From Scyliorhinus canicula (lineage: Eukaryota): a DNA stretch of 64,000 nucleotides. Below, piece after piece: positions 1 to 10,589 of the stretch (positions are counted from its first letter, which is position 1; the number at the start of each line of letters is the position of its first letter). The stretch covers positions 125,925,256-125,989,255 of the forward strand of contig NC_052149.1 of assembly GCF_902713615.1 (NCBI RefSeq), written 5' to 3'. A program made the translations under genes and the position numbers. Below the pieces are notes generated by a model that was given only the letters and a program-made list of their open reading frames with translations, was not told where the DNA came from and ran no database searches.

Positions 1-1008
1 AGGAGTTGAATTCTGATCTGCCTGGGGCAGAGTCCACAATTCTCCCACATTCAGATGGATTGAGCGCTGTGTGTCTCTTTTCTTGTTGTTTAATGGGAAT
101 TGAGTTGTTTAAGGGGTAAGTGTGAGCTGTTATTTTAGCATGTGAAATTTAACAGCTAGTATTGTATTCATATTAAACTTTTGTATTGAAATGACCAAAT
201 TCCATTTCTTCATGCAACCACTCCTGGAGGAAATAATTCTTTCCGCAGAGTCTGACAAATAAACTTAAATATTGGATCCAGTTTCAGAGCCGCTGTTGGA
301 GTCGAGTCTGGGATCATTTTAATGGATAAACTAGTTCTCCATCATATCCTTTCAAGTCACTTGGATTAAGTGAGTGGAGATGAGGCCGTAGCAGGGGGAA
401 CGGTCAGGGTGAGAGAGAGGAACGGTTTTATTGGGAACGAGGATATCAAAGGTGGAGGTGAGGGTGAGGTTGGGTAAATCAGTGGCTGCAGAAATGTTGT
501 GGTGATCGGAGGGCCAGAGACAGATAGTTGGCATTTTGAAGGTGCCGTTGGAAGTGAAATGGGGAATAGGTTTTTCCAGGGATGGATACAGAAGGGGGTA
601 GGGTTGGGGTGTGGAAGGGGGATGTGGGTGGGGAGTGATACAAGGACGTGATCAGAGATGGTCTTATCTGTGATTGAAACTATGGGAATAGTGAGACCAC
701 GTGAGGTGGTTTGGTCAAGGGGGAGGTGGGGAATATGGGTTGGAGAATTGTGATTGTGATGATTTAATCCCAGAAACTTTCAGTCTCTTTTCTGATTTGA
801 ATCTTTCAACTCAGATATTCCAGATAAAACTGATCATTTTAAAATGATTGATAATTGTCTTTGAATCCAAGCTTCTGCCAATGTGTCATTGATTGACAGG
901 CCAACTAGCCAATCATGACAATCACTTGCTGAAATGTAGCCAATCAGCTGATGGGGAGGAGGAACATTTCCAAAGCACACACGAGACACAGACTGAATAT
1001 TCTTAATG

Positions 1009-1014
1009 TTTATT
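1009..1014 (-). terminator. Polyadenylation signal AATAAA, cluster 1 light-chain mRNA
   Basis: TTTATT on the plus strand, ~500 nt downstream of the C1 stop; mirrored by AATAAA at 52014-52019 in cluster 2. Confidence 0.75.
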
Positions 1015-1512
1015 ACCTTTTACAGATTTACATTGTCAGAAAAAAGACTTGAATAAACAGCCCAGCCAGAGGAAGCTGGAGAAATTCACAGGGAAAATAT
1101 GGAGATTTTCTCAATGACATGAGAATGCTGTCCTTTTAAATGGTGACTAAACCTTAAATTGTAACTGCAGGGTGAGCAGGAAGGAGGTCTGGTTTTCTGA
1201 AGTAGAGACTTCAGGGGTCACTTTATTTTGGTACAGCTGACAGTCTTCAGCATCTTAGAGAGGTTTTACTTGGCATCATGAGTCTGCACTGTCCCATCAA
1301 ACATTCCCAGGACAAATGCTGCATGGGATTATGTACAGAGTAAATATCCCTCTGCACTGTCCCAAAAACATGTCTTAACCCCTGACCCTCAGTAGTGCCT
1401 CAGTCCCGAGAAGGAGAGAGTTGTAATTCAGTGCTGACAATGACCTTTGCCCTCCCAGCTCACCCCTGTTCTATTTAAAGTTGTGTCTCCTCTGTGGACT
1501 GTCTCTGACACT

Positions 1513-1841
1513 CTACGCACATTCTGATCTCCTGATGCTCTTGCTGAGGGCAGAGGAGAGGCTCACGTGGGTGAGGGCACAGGAGAAGCTGGCGTTGGAC
1601 TCCCAGGCAGAGTCAGAGAGGGTCAGCAGGCTGCTGACACTGTAGGTGTTGTCCGAAGCTCGCAGGTAGTTGCTGGTCTGAACCCCGTCTGAAATGGCTG
1701 CACCATCCTTCTTCCACTCCACCACCAGCTCATCGGGATAGAAGTGATTGGCAAGGCACACCAGGGTGGCAGTGTTCTTGGTCTTGACCTCCTCCAGGGA
1801 GGGGGGCAGCAGGGTGAGTGTGGGTTGTGAATTCTCACGGC
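1513..1841 (-). CDS. IGKC: Ig kappa-type light chain constant exon, cluster 1
   Basis: 329 nt after a polypyrimidine tttcAG acceptor, phase 1. Reads (S)RENSQPTLTLLPPSLEEVKTKNTATLVCLANHFYPDELVVEWKKDG...YSVSSLLTL...FSCALTH...RSECA*. Canonical C1-set Cys/Trp/Cys plus penultimate Cys. Confidence 0.95.
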
Positions 1842-2244
1842 CTGAAAGAGAGGGAAAGGAATTTAAATCTCTACCATTATAAAGGATTTAATCTTCCTGA
1901 CGATTACCTGGGATCAAATCAATGTCAGTGTATGTGTCTGTGCAGATGATCTAGATTGCTGGCAATCCATTCTCGGGAACTTCTTTAACCTGTACCGAAA
2001 AATCCCAACAAGAAAAGAGGCAGTTTTGGACCGTTTTCGCGATTAAATCTGGGCAGGTGGAAGGGGTATCAGTGGAAGAGTATTTGGGTAATTGTGATCA
2101 TAATTCAGTTAGATTTAGAGTAGTTATGGAAAAGGGTAAAGATAAACCAAGAGTAAAAGTTTTAAATTGGGGAAAGGCCACTTTTACAAAACTGGGATTT
2201 GCCAAAATGACTTCTACGTTATTATTATTTATTTTTTCTGTTCG

Positions 2245-4980
2245 GTGAACCCTGGTTCGAATCCCATCACAGCAGATGGCCAAATTTGAATCCAATAAAA
2301 ATTGAATTCAATGTTTAATGATGACCCTGAAATGACTGTTGATTGTTGTAAAAGCCCATCTCGTTCACTAATGTCCTTTTGGGAAAGAAGTCTGCCGTCC
2401 TTACGTGGTCTGGCCTACATGTGATTCCAGGCTAACAACAATTTGGTTGACATCTGGGAAAACACTTCTGAAATGCAGCCACTTAGAGGGCAATTAGGGA
2501 TGGGCAATAACTGCTGGCCCAGAAAATGACACCCACACCAATGAATACATTTAAAAAACAATTCACCCAGCAACGTGGAAAATTGCCCAGGTTTGTCCTG
2601 CACACACCAAACAGGACAAATCCAACCCGGCCGATTACTGCTCCATCAGGCTACTCTCGATCATCAGTAAGGGATGATCAACATTGCTATCAAGTGTCGT
2701 TCAGTCTTGGGGTCACTCAGCTCCTGACCTCATTACAGCCTTGGTTCAAACATGGACAAAAGAGCTGAACTCCAGAGGTGAGGCCAGAGTAACTGCCCTT
2801 TGACATCGAGGCAGCATTTGACCAAGTTTGGCATCAAGGAGCCCGAGCAAAACTGGAGTCAATGGGAATCAGGGGGAAAACTCTCCGCTGGTTGGAGTCA
2901 TACCCAGCACAAAGGAAGATAACTGTGAATATTGGAGGTCAGTCATCTCTGTCCTCGGACATCCACACAATCCCTACAGTGCAGAAAGAGGCCATTTGAC
3001 CCTTTGAGTCGGCACCAGCCCTCCAAACAGTACCGCACCCAGGTCCACTCCCCCGGCCAATCCCCACAGACCAATCTAACCTTTGGATTCTAAGTCACAA
3101 TTTAACCTGGCTAATCCACTTAACCTGAATTTTCTTGGACTGTGGGAGGAAACCGGAGCACCCAAAGAAAACCCATGCAGACAGCGGGAGAACGTGCAAA
3201 ATCCATAAAGTCACCCAAGGTTGGAATCGAACCCATGTCTCCGGCGCTGTGAGGCAGAAGTGCCAACCACTCTGCCACCATGGACATTACTCACGGGTTC
3301 TTCAGGGGAGGCTCCGAGGCTCAACCAGCTTCAGCTGCTTCATGAATGACTTTCTTTCTGTCATGAGGTCAGACGTGGGGATGTTCATTCATGACTGCAC
3401 AATGTTCAGCACAATGTTCAGCACCATTCACAACTCCACAGACACTGAAGCAGACCTTGCCCTATTACAACAAGTCCTGGACAAAACCCCGGTTTGGGCT
3501 GGCAACTGGCAAGTAACATTTGTGCCAGACAATGACCATCTCCAACAAGAGAGAATCTAACCATTAACCCTTCACATTCAAAGGCAGTACCTTCACTAAG
3601 TTCCCGATTATCAGCATCCTGCGGGTTACAATTACCAGAAACTGAACTGGACTAACCATATAAATACTGTGACGACAGGAGCAGGTCAAAGATAAGGAAT
3701 CCTGTGGCAGGTAACTCACCTCCTGACTCCCTAAAGCTTATCCACCATTTACAAGGCACAAGCTGGGAGTGTGATGGAATACTCTCCACTTCCCTGGATG
3801 AGTGCAACTTCAAAAGCACTCAAAGAGCTCAACACCATCCAGGACAAAGAACCCCCACATGATTGGTACCCCACCCACAAACATTCTCTCCCTCCACCAC
3901 TGATGAACAGTGGCAGCCGTCTGTACCATCTACAAGATGCACTGCATGATCTCACCAAGGTTCCTTGGGCAGCAGCTTCCAAACCCACAACCACGACCAT
4001 CTAGAAGGACAAAGGCAGCAGATACATGGGTCGGGATTCTCCAGGAACGTGGCTAAGTGTTGACGCCGGCATAAACACCGGAGTGCTTCACGCCGGCATC
4101 AATGGGTGTCTTGGTCCAGCGATTCTGTATCCCACAGGGAGCCAGCACGGCACTGGACTACTCTGCACTGCTCCAGCTGCCGTACGCAGCTCTGCACTGC
4201 TGGCCGCGGGTCCCTACATACATGTGGCGGCCGCTTCCACGCCAGCACTGCACAACATGGCAGAGCAACACAGCAGACCGGCACGGAAGAAGGTAGGTCC
4301 CCACAAGGTAGGCCCGCCGATGGTGGTCCCCGATCACGGACCTGACCGTCGTGGAGGCCCGATCACGGACCTGGCCGTCGTGGAGGCCCGATCACGGACC
4401 TGGCCGTCGTGGAGGCCCGTCCAGACGACTGATTCCCCCCCGCCCTCCACCAGGACGGCCACTGCAGCCACGACGCCGAGCTCCCGCCGGTTGCAACCAT
4501 ATATGAACCACATCGGCGGGAACTCGGCTGGTCAACCGTGGAGAATCGCCGCGGGGGCCTCTTTCAAAGGTCCCTGACTGGTGTCGCATTGACCGCGCGC
4601 ATGTAACTGCCGCCGAATCTCCGGTCGCTGGAGAATCACGTCCCAGCGTCGGACCCAATCACGGGTCTGAGGCCCCATTCTGCGCCACCGCACCGAGCGC
4701 CATTTAGCCGCGGAGGCTCGGAGAATCCTGGTCTTGGGGCCAGCACTCCCTGGAACTTGGCCACCAAGTCACTAACCATCCTGACTTGGAAACATATTAC
4801 CATTCCTTCATTGTCACGGATTCGAAATCCTGGAACTCCCTTCCTAACAGCACTCTTGGTGTATCTATACCGCAAGGACACCAGCGGATTCAGAAGGCAG
4901 TTCACCACCACCTTCTGAAGGCTATGAAGGATGGGCAATAAACGCTGGTCCAACCAAAAACTCCCACATCACAGAAATAA
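2245..4980 (+). mobile_element. Decayed CR1/L2-clade LINE (with tRNA-SINE-like head) in cluster 1 J-C intron
   Basis: RT fragments (CFMNDFLSVMRSDVGMFIHDCTMF), 3' end with AATAAA near 4937; same family as 19029-22060 and 40535-43880. Interrupted by a V-SINE (~2960-3285) and a GC-rich MITE. Confidence 0.7.
4029..4733. mobile_element. GC-rich non-autonomous DNA transposon (Harbinger-like MITE)
   Basis: Imperfect TIRs GGTCGGGATTCTCC / GGAGAATCCTGGTC; similar to elements at 12477 and 36849. Confidence 0.6.
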
Positions 4981-5614
4981 ATTTCAAAATTGCAAAATGA
5001 ATTTGTGGTAGCAATTAAGAGAAGAAAAAGTTAACTTGTGTGTGGAGTTGGGAGACATGGAGATAGTTCTTAATGAATAATTGACATCAGTTTTCACAAA
5101 TGAGAGAGACAAAGCTGGCAATGGAAGAGTGATAATGTTGTACCGTTGTTTAAAAAGGGAGGAAGGGACAGACTGAGTCATTACTGACCAGTCAGTCTAA
5201 CCTCAGTGGTCGGGAAATTATTGGAAATAATTCTGAGAGAAATTAGAATCATCATTGAGAGAGACACAGTTCGATCAAGGACAGTCAACATGGATTTGTT
5301 TAGGGAAGGTCCTGTCTGACTAACTTGATTGACTTTTTTGAAGAGGGAACGAGGAGTGTTGATGAGGGGAGGGAGTTTGATGTTGACAACATGGGCTTTC
5401 CAAGAACTTTGACAGTTCTCCAACAACAGACGTGTCTGAAAATTAAAAGCTGATGGAATCAAAGGGAAAATTGAAAATTGGATTTCAAATTGGTTCAGTG
5501 TCAGGAGTTAAAGGTTTGCTGTTAAATTGGTTAAATCATTTTGGAATGTTATCTAAACATTTGTAAAGAAGGTTACTACAAATTCAGCACTGAAATGGTT
5601 TCTTTTAATTTCGA

Positions 5615-5822
5615 GTACCCAATTCATATTTTTCCCAATTAAGGGGCTATTTAGCGTGACCAATCCACCTATCCTACACGTCTTCGGGTTGTGGGGGTGA
5701 GACCCACGCAGACACGGAGAGAATGTGCAAACTCCACACGGACAGTGATCCGGGGCCGGGATTAAACCCGGGCACTCAGTGCCATAGGTAGTAGTGCTAA
5801 CCACTGCACCACCATGCCATCT
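5615..5822 (-). mobile_element. HE1-like V-SINE
   Basis: Reverse complement reads GGTGCAGTGGTTAGCACT...GGTTTAATCCCGGCCCCGGATCACTGTCCGTGTGGAGTTTGCACATTCTCTCCGTG (tRNA A/B boxes plus V-domain). Further copies near 2960-3285, 27500-27650, 28710-28880, 42100-42210, 48130-48330, 52590-52830, 54340-54670. Confidence 0.75.
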
Positions 5823-6928
5823 AGCACTGAAATTGCTAATAGTATAAGTTTTTAAAGACACAATGTCCCTTCAAAAGACTGTTAACCGGTCAGGAAGCTC
5901 GAACTATTGATCAGAATTTTTGGGGGAACAGGTTGAACATTAACAAACCACACACAGAGCGGGAGAACTTTATCCCAGAACATTGGAGCAGACTTGGAGC
6001 AACACATTTCACAAAGGATTCTGATCGGAGGTCAGTACAGAAGTTTCTAGATTTAATTTCAAACCCTGCCGCCCAGCACTGGGCTGAGGTCAAGGGTGAG
6101 GCTACAATTAGCCTCAGTGTCCGGGGGTCAGACAGGGTCATTGCTCCTAATAACCCCCTGCTCTTTGGAGGCTGAGAGTGTGCGAACAATGGGCGAGGGT
6201 CAGGATCAGGAATCTCCAAAGTTAAAGAAAGATTTGCATCTCTGTAGCATCTGAACCACCTGATGTTGTCCTCAAATGTTTTGCAGCCAATTGTGCACAG
6301 CAAGATCCAAAACAGCAATGAGTCAATGAGCATTTGGAGGAATTTTGAATCAGGGATAAATATCGGACTGAACTCGACCCAAAGAGAAAGTAACTGAGAG
6401 TCTCCCCAAAAGCCTGGAACACTGAAGCCACTGGATTGTGAGCCCTGCTGGACCTGTTTGTCATCAGAACTTTGCTAAGAGATAAGCAGGGAGTGGAGAG
6501 AGCAGAGTTAAAGCTGGGGGAAGTGGGACCTCGGTGTCTCACTGTGCTGCTGCTGCTGCTGTGATCAGTTATATCAGAGAGTGTGACAGGGAGCCAGAGC
6601 TCACATCAAACTCTGCCCGTGTCTGTCACACGCAGACAGACAGGAGTCTAGTGAGTGATCTCACTCCATGGTCCAGGAATGTGAACACAGTCTGCAAACG
6701 TCCAGATCTCCTCCACACGGTGGGTAAAAGCTGCTTACTTATATCTTGCTGCTTAAAGGGGGGAATGGAACTAAAGAAATACAGCTGGGCACCCTGTTCT
6801 ACAGTGTTCTTCAATGAACCATTTCATTCACTGCAGCTCCCCACTAACACCTTCAACTATTCAGCATTTGTGTTTGAGAAAGTTTCAGTATTGAAAGGGT
6901 TAATAACGGAGGATTGGGGTTTACTTAC

Positions 6929-6963
6929 TCAGTCTGAGCTTGGTTCCTTTACCGAACGTAAGC
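6929..6963 (-). CDS. IGKJ: Ig kappa-type J segment, cluster 1
   Basis: Encodes LTFGKGTKLRL(S) with the FGxG motif, followed by a GTAAGT donor; nucleotide-identical to J2. Confidence 0.95.
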
Positions 6964-7002
6964 CACACTGACAGCTTCCAGTGCAGGGGCTGTACAAGAA
7001 CC
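6964..7002 (+). other. 23-bp-spacer RSS of J1
   Basis: CACACTG (6964-6970), 23 nt spacer, ACAAGAACC (6994-7002); nonamer has one mismatch to consensus. Confidence 0.9.
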
Positions 7003-7358
7003 TCTGCTCTCTGCTTCACTCACTCACTCTCACCCTCTCTCTGTCTCTCACTGTGTCTCTCACTCACTACTGTCTTTCTCTCTCACTCTTTCGCTCGCTC
7101 TGTTTCTCTCAATGTCTCTGTGTTTGTTGGGAGAGTTGAGAATTCTACTTTTCGACAATAAATCTTTCAGCTGCTCTTCATATGTGGACATGGAGAGTAA
7201 GATGGAAACTTGAGGCCTTCAGTGAGCTGTGGACACCACAGGGACTGGAGTGTGTAGTGGACGGTGAGAATCATTTGTTCAGTTTCCTTTTTTGTGTTTA
7301 TTCTCTATTACATAAAACTGGGATGTGTCAGTACAGGAGGTGGGGCTGTGTGTATTGG

Positions 7359-7386
7359 GGTTTTTGTAAGGCTCTGTGTCACTGTG
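7359..7386 (-). other. 12-bp-spacer RSS of V1
   Basis: Consensus CACAGTG + 12 nt + ACAAAAACC on the minus strand. Confidence 0.95.
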
Positions 7387-7684
7387 AGAGGCCAGCTGCT
7401 TCCTTGCTGACAGTAATAATCAGCGACATCCTCATTCTGCACATTGCTGATTTTCAGGGTGTATTGTGTTCCAGATCCACTGCCGGTGAATCGGTCGGAT
7501 ATTCCTGTGAATCGAGTTGCTGCATTGTAGATCAGCAGAGCCGGTTTCTGACCTTCTCGCTGTTGATACCAATGAACATAACTGCTAACAGATTGACTGG
7601 CCGTACAGGTGATGGTCGCAGTCTGGCCCAGGCTCAATGACAACACCGGGGGAGACTGGGTCATGATGATGTCTCCACTGATAC
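7387..7684 (-). CDS. IGKV: Ig kappa-type V exon, cluster 1 (germline, unjoined)
   Basis: 298 nt after an AG acceptor: [42 protein letters not shown]...[10 protein letters not shown]; conserved Cys23, Trp, YYC; V-12/J-23 RSS polarity is kappa-like. Confidence 0.95.
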
Positions 7685-7870
7685 CTGAGGGGTAATAGAG
7701 AAACAGAATGAAGTAAGAACTGTCACAGAAAGAGCCTGTACAATGAGATATTGTTGGAGACACTGACTGTTCCTCTGCTTTCAGCATTTTCCCTTCAATC
7801 ACAAGTCAGTAGAATTGGATTGAAATGGAGAGCAGGAAAATATTCAAGGTGGAAGGAGAGAGATTTGTAC

Positions 7871-7919
7871 CTGCGATGCAGAATGCCAGAGGCCAGATCA
7901 GCTGGATGGCTGAAATCAT
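7871..7919 (-). CDS. IGKV: Leader exon, cluster 1
   Basis: ATG at 7919, MISAIQLIWPLAFCIA(G), GT donor, 186-nt intron to V. Confidence 0.9.
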
Positions 7920-7979
7920 GGTGTCTGCTCCTGTCCCTGTGCCTGGTTACTGATAAACTCTCCCTTCACTGGGCTCTGC

Positions 7980-8075
7980 TTTATAAAGCTGCAGCCTGTG
8001 AGAGTCTGACTGCCCGTTCCTCAGTATGTAAATGGTATGAGGCAGAGACACCACGTCAGCACCTTCACTTCCTCT
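7980..8075 (-). promoter_or_regulatory. V promoter, cluster 1: TATAAA, variant octamer ATTTACAT, Ets/PU.1 box
   Basis: TATAAA (7980-7985), ATTTACAT (8026-8033) and AGAGGAAGTG (8066-8075) on the minus strand; same spacing in cluster 2. Confidence 0.75.
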
Positions 8076-8390
8076 TCTTCTCTCTCACTCACTCCCTCCC
8101 TCAGTATCTGTCCCTCAGTCTCTGCTCTCTCTCTCTCTCTTCCTGTCTCTTTTCTCCTCTGTGTCAGTTTCCCAGTTTCTGCCTCTGACTCTCCCTGTCT
8201 CTGACTGTCTCTATGTATTCTCTTTCCTTTCTCTCTCTCTTTGTCCATCTCTCTCACTCTTTCTTTCTCTCTCTCTCTCTCAGTATCCCTCTATCTCTCT
8301 GTACCATTCTCCATCGTCCTGCAATTCTCCAACTGATCTCTGTAACTGGTGTCATTATTGGAGATTGGAACACTTTAAGTACTTGTGCAG

Positions 8391-9375
8391 CAGTTAAATG
8401 CTTCCCTCTCTCTCTCTGTCACAGTCTGTTCCTCGCTCTCTCTTTCCCACACTCTCCCAGGTGGATCACAGTTAAATGCTTCCCTCTCTCTCTCTGTCAC
8501 AGTCTGCCCCTCGCTCTCTCTTTCCCACACTCTCCCAGGTGGGTCACAGTTAAATGCTTCCCTCTCTCTCTCTCTCTGTCACAGTCTGTTCCTCGCTCTC
8601 TCTTTCCCACACTCTCCCAGGTGGATCACAGTTAAATGCTTCCCTCTCTCTCTCTCTGTCACAGTCTGCCCCTCGCTATCTCTTTCCCACACTTTCCCAG
8701 GTGGATCACAGTTAAATGCTTCCCTCTCTCTCTCGCTCTCTCTGTCACAGTCTGTTCCTCGCTCTCTCTTTCCCACACTCTCCCAGGTGGATCACAGTTA
8801 AATGCTGCCCTCTCTCTCTCTGTCACAGTCTGTTCCTCGCTCTCTCTTTCCCACACTTTCCCAGGTGGATCACAGTTAAAAGCTTCCCCCCCCCCCCCCC
8901 CCCCCCCCTCTCTCTCTATCACAGTCTGCTCCTCGCTCTCTCTTTCCCACACTCTCCCAGGTGGATCACAGTTAAATGCTTCCCTCTCTCTCTCTGTCAC
9001 AGTCCGCTCCTCGCTCTCTCTTTCCCACACTCTCCCAGGTGGATCACAGTTAAATGCTTCCCCCTCTCTCTCTCTGTCACAGTCTGCCCCTCGCTCTCTC
9101 TTTCCCATACTCTCCCAGGTGGATCACAGTTAAATGCTTCCCCCTCTCTCTCTGTCACAGTCTGTTCCTCGCTCTCTCTATCCCACACTCTCCCAGGTGG
9201 ATCACAGTTAAATGCTTCCCTCTCTCTCTCACTCTGTCAGTCTGTTCCTCGCTCTCTCTATCCCACACTCTCCCAGGTGGATCACAGTTAAATGCTTCCC
9301 TCTCTCTCTCTCGGTCACAGTCTGCTCCTCGCTCTCTCTTTCCCACACTCTCCCAGGTGGATCACAGTTAAATGT
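8391..9375. repeat. ~78-bp tandem array (~12.5 copies), CT-rich
   Basis: Unit CAGTTAAATGCTTCCCTCTC...GTCACAGTCTGTTCCTCGCTCTCTCTTTCCCACACTCTCCCAGGTGGATCA; starts at 8391, 8469, 8547, etc. Confidence 0.9.
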
Positions 9376-9814
9376 AGGATAAATCTTCCTCTGCTCTGCG
9401 TCAACAATGGAGGTTAACTCTTGACCCCAGAAGCATATCTTCTGAAGTAAGGCCCCATTTCCCACATTGACCATGCTGCAGCCTTGCTCAGTCAGACTGA
9501 CAGATTATTGTCAGATTAAGGGTAGTTCTGTGCTGTTTGTATATTCTCACTGGGTACTGGTTCAGACACAATATTTAATGAAGGCCCAGCAGAGAGAGGA
9601 GATCCTCACCCCATTAGTGTGAGCTGGAGGGACAGAGACTGAGTCACTGATGCATCCTGTCCATTCAGAGCACATTCAGATCCCTTCCCCCCTCCTTCCC
9701 CTTCTATGGTCAGTCTCTGGGGTCCTGGTGTTTAACTGGGATGAGGGTTGGATAACCACACATTTACAACATAAAGGAACCATCCTCCTTATCGACCATG
9801 GTGTCCATGTCTTA

Positions 9815-9998
9815 ACTGACCCTCCAATCCGGACCAGTTAACATGGGCCTCCTTCCCACTGACCCTCCAATAGGGACCAGTAAACATGGGCCTCCTTCCC
9901 ATTGGACCCTCCAATAGGGACCAGAAAACATGGGCCTCCTTCCCACTGGACCCTCCAATAGGGATCAGTAAACATGGGCCTCCTTCCCACTGGACCTC
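9815..9998. repeat. 43-44-bp tandem repeat (~4 copies)
   Basis: Unit ACATGGGCCTCCTTCCCACTGGACCCTCCAATAGGGACCAGTAA. Confidence 0.8.
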
Positions 9999-10056
9999 CT
10001 CTGAGCTTCAAGTCCACATCCTCTCCATAACGGAGGTCCCTTATTTCCATATCCAC

Positions 10057-10360
10057 TGATGTGACCATCAATTCATGAGACACGTGGTTGGAAGTGAACA
10101 GTGGTTTTAATAGTCTTACAACAGAGGCTGCCTGCGACGTGATGAACTGGCAGGCAGGCTCACGACTGCAAAGCTTTATACTTCCGGTTAGTGGAAGGAG
10201 CCATGGGCGGAACCATGGGCGGAGCCAAGAGTGGAGCCCAGTACAAACTCCTCATCTCTCCCTATGGGCAGAGCCGCGCAACTGCTCGTATACCGAGCTT
10301 ACATGAATACAACACGTCATATAACAACAGTGTGAATTAAGAGGAGTGTGATTCACCACA
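10057..10360 (-). mobile_element. Solo LTR (Gypsy-type)
   Basis: TGATG...CACCACA ends with a 5-bp TSD TCCAC on both sides; same terminal design as the LTRs at 14194/18726. Confidence 0.85.
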
Positions 10361-10589
10361 TCCACAACATTGTCCGTCTCTACACTACATCAGCCCCTTG
10401 AGCACAGAACCCCTTATCCCGGCTTGTCCCGCCTCCTAACTCTATTATTCTGATATCCTCTCCTGGCTTCCTTTATTCACACTCCCCATCCTGTCCCAAA
10501 TGCAGTGGGTCTGTACCCTGTCACGCACAAACTGTTACCCCAGCAGTACCCCTGATCTCACTGACCTATTACCCCTAACCTCATGAAAA

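Noticed and set aside
2700-2925. High similarity to 49065-49270 as part of the inverted duplication
   Set aside because: The LINE pieces sit at non-equivalent intron positions; more simply two copies of an abundant family.
6534-6971. Similar ORFs MSHCAAAAAV... in both J-C introns (also 46830-47270, 7751-8188/45610-46065)
   Set aside because: Antisense by-products of the duplicated DNA; the copies differ by frameshifting indels and have no recognisable domain.
7308-7802. 164-aa [15 protein letters not shown]... (and its twin 46014-46517) as a single-exon gene
   Set aside because: It is the V exon read through intron and RSS; the true structure is leader exon + intron + V exon.
8391-9375. Array of cryptic RSS (CACAGT hexamers)
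   Set aside because: No nonamer-like sequence at 12 or 23 nt.
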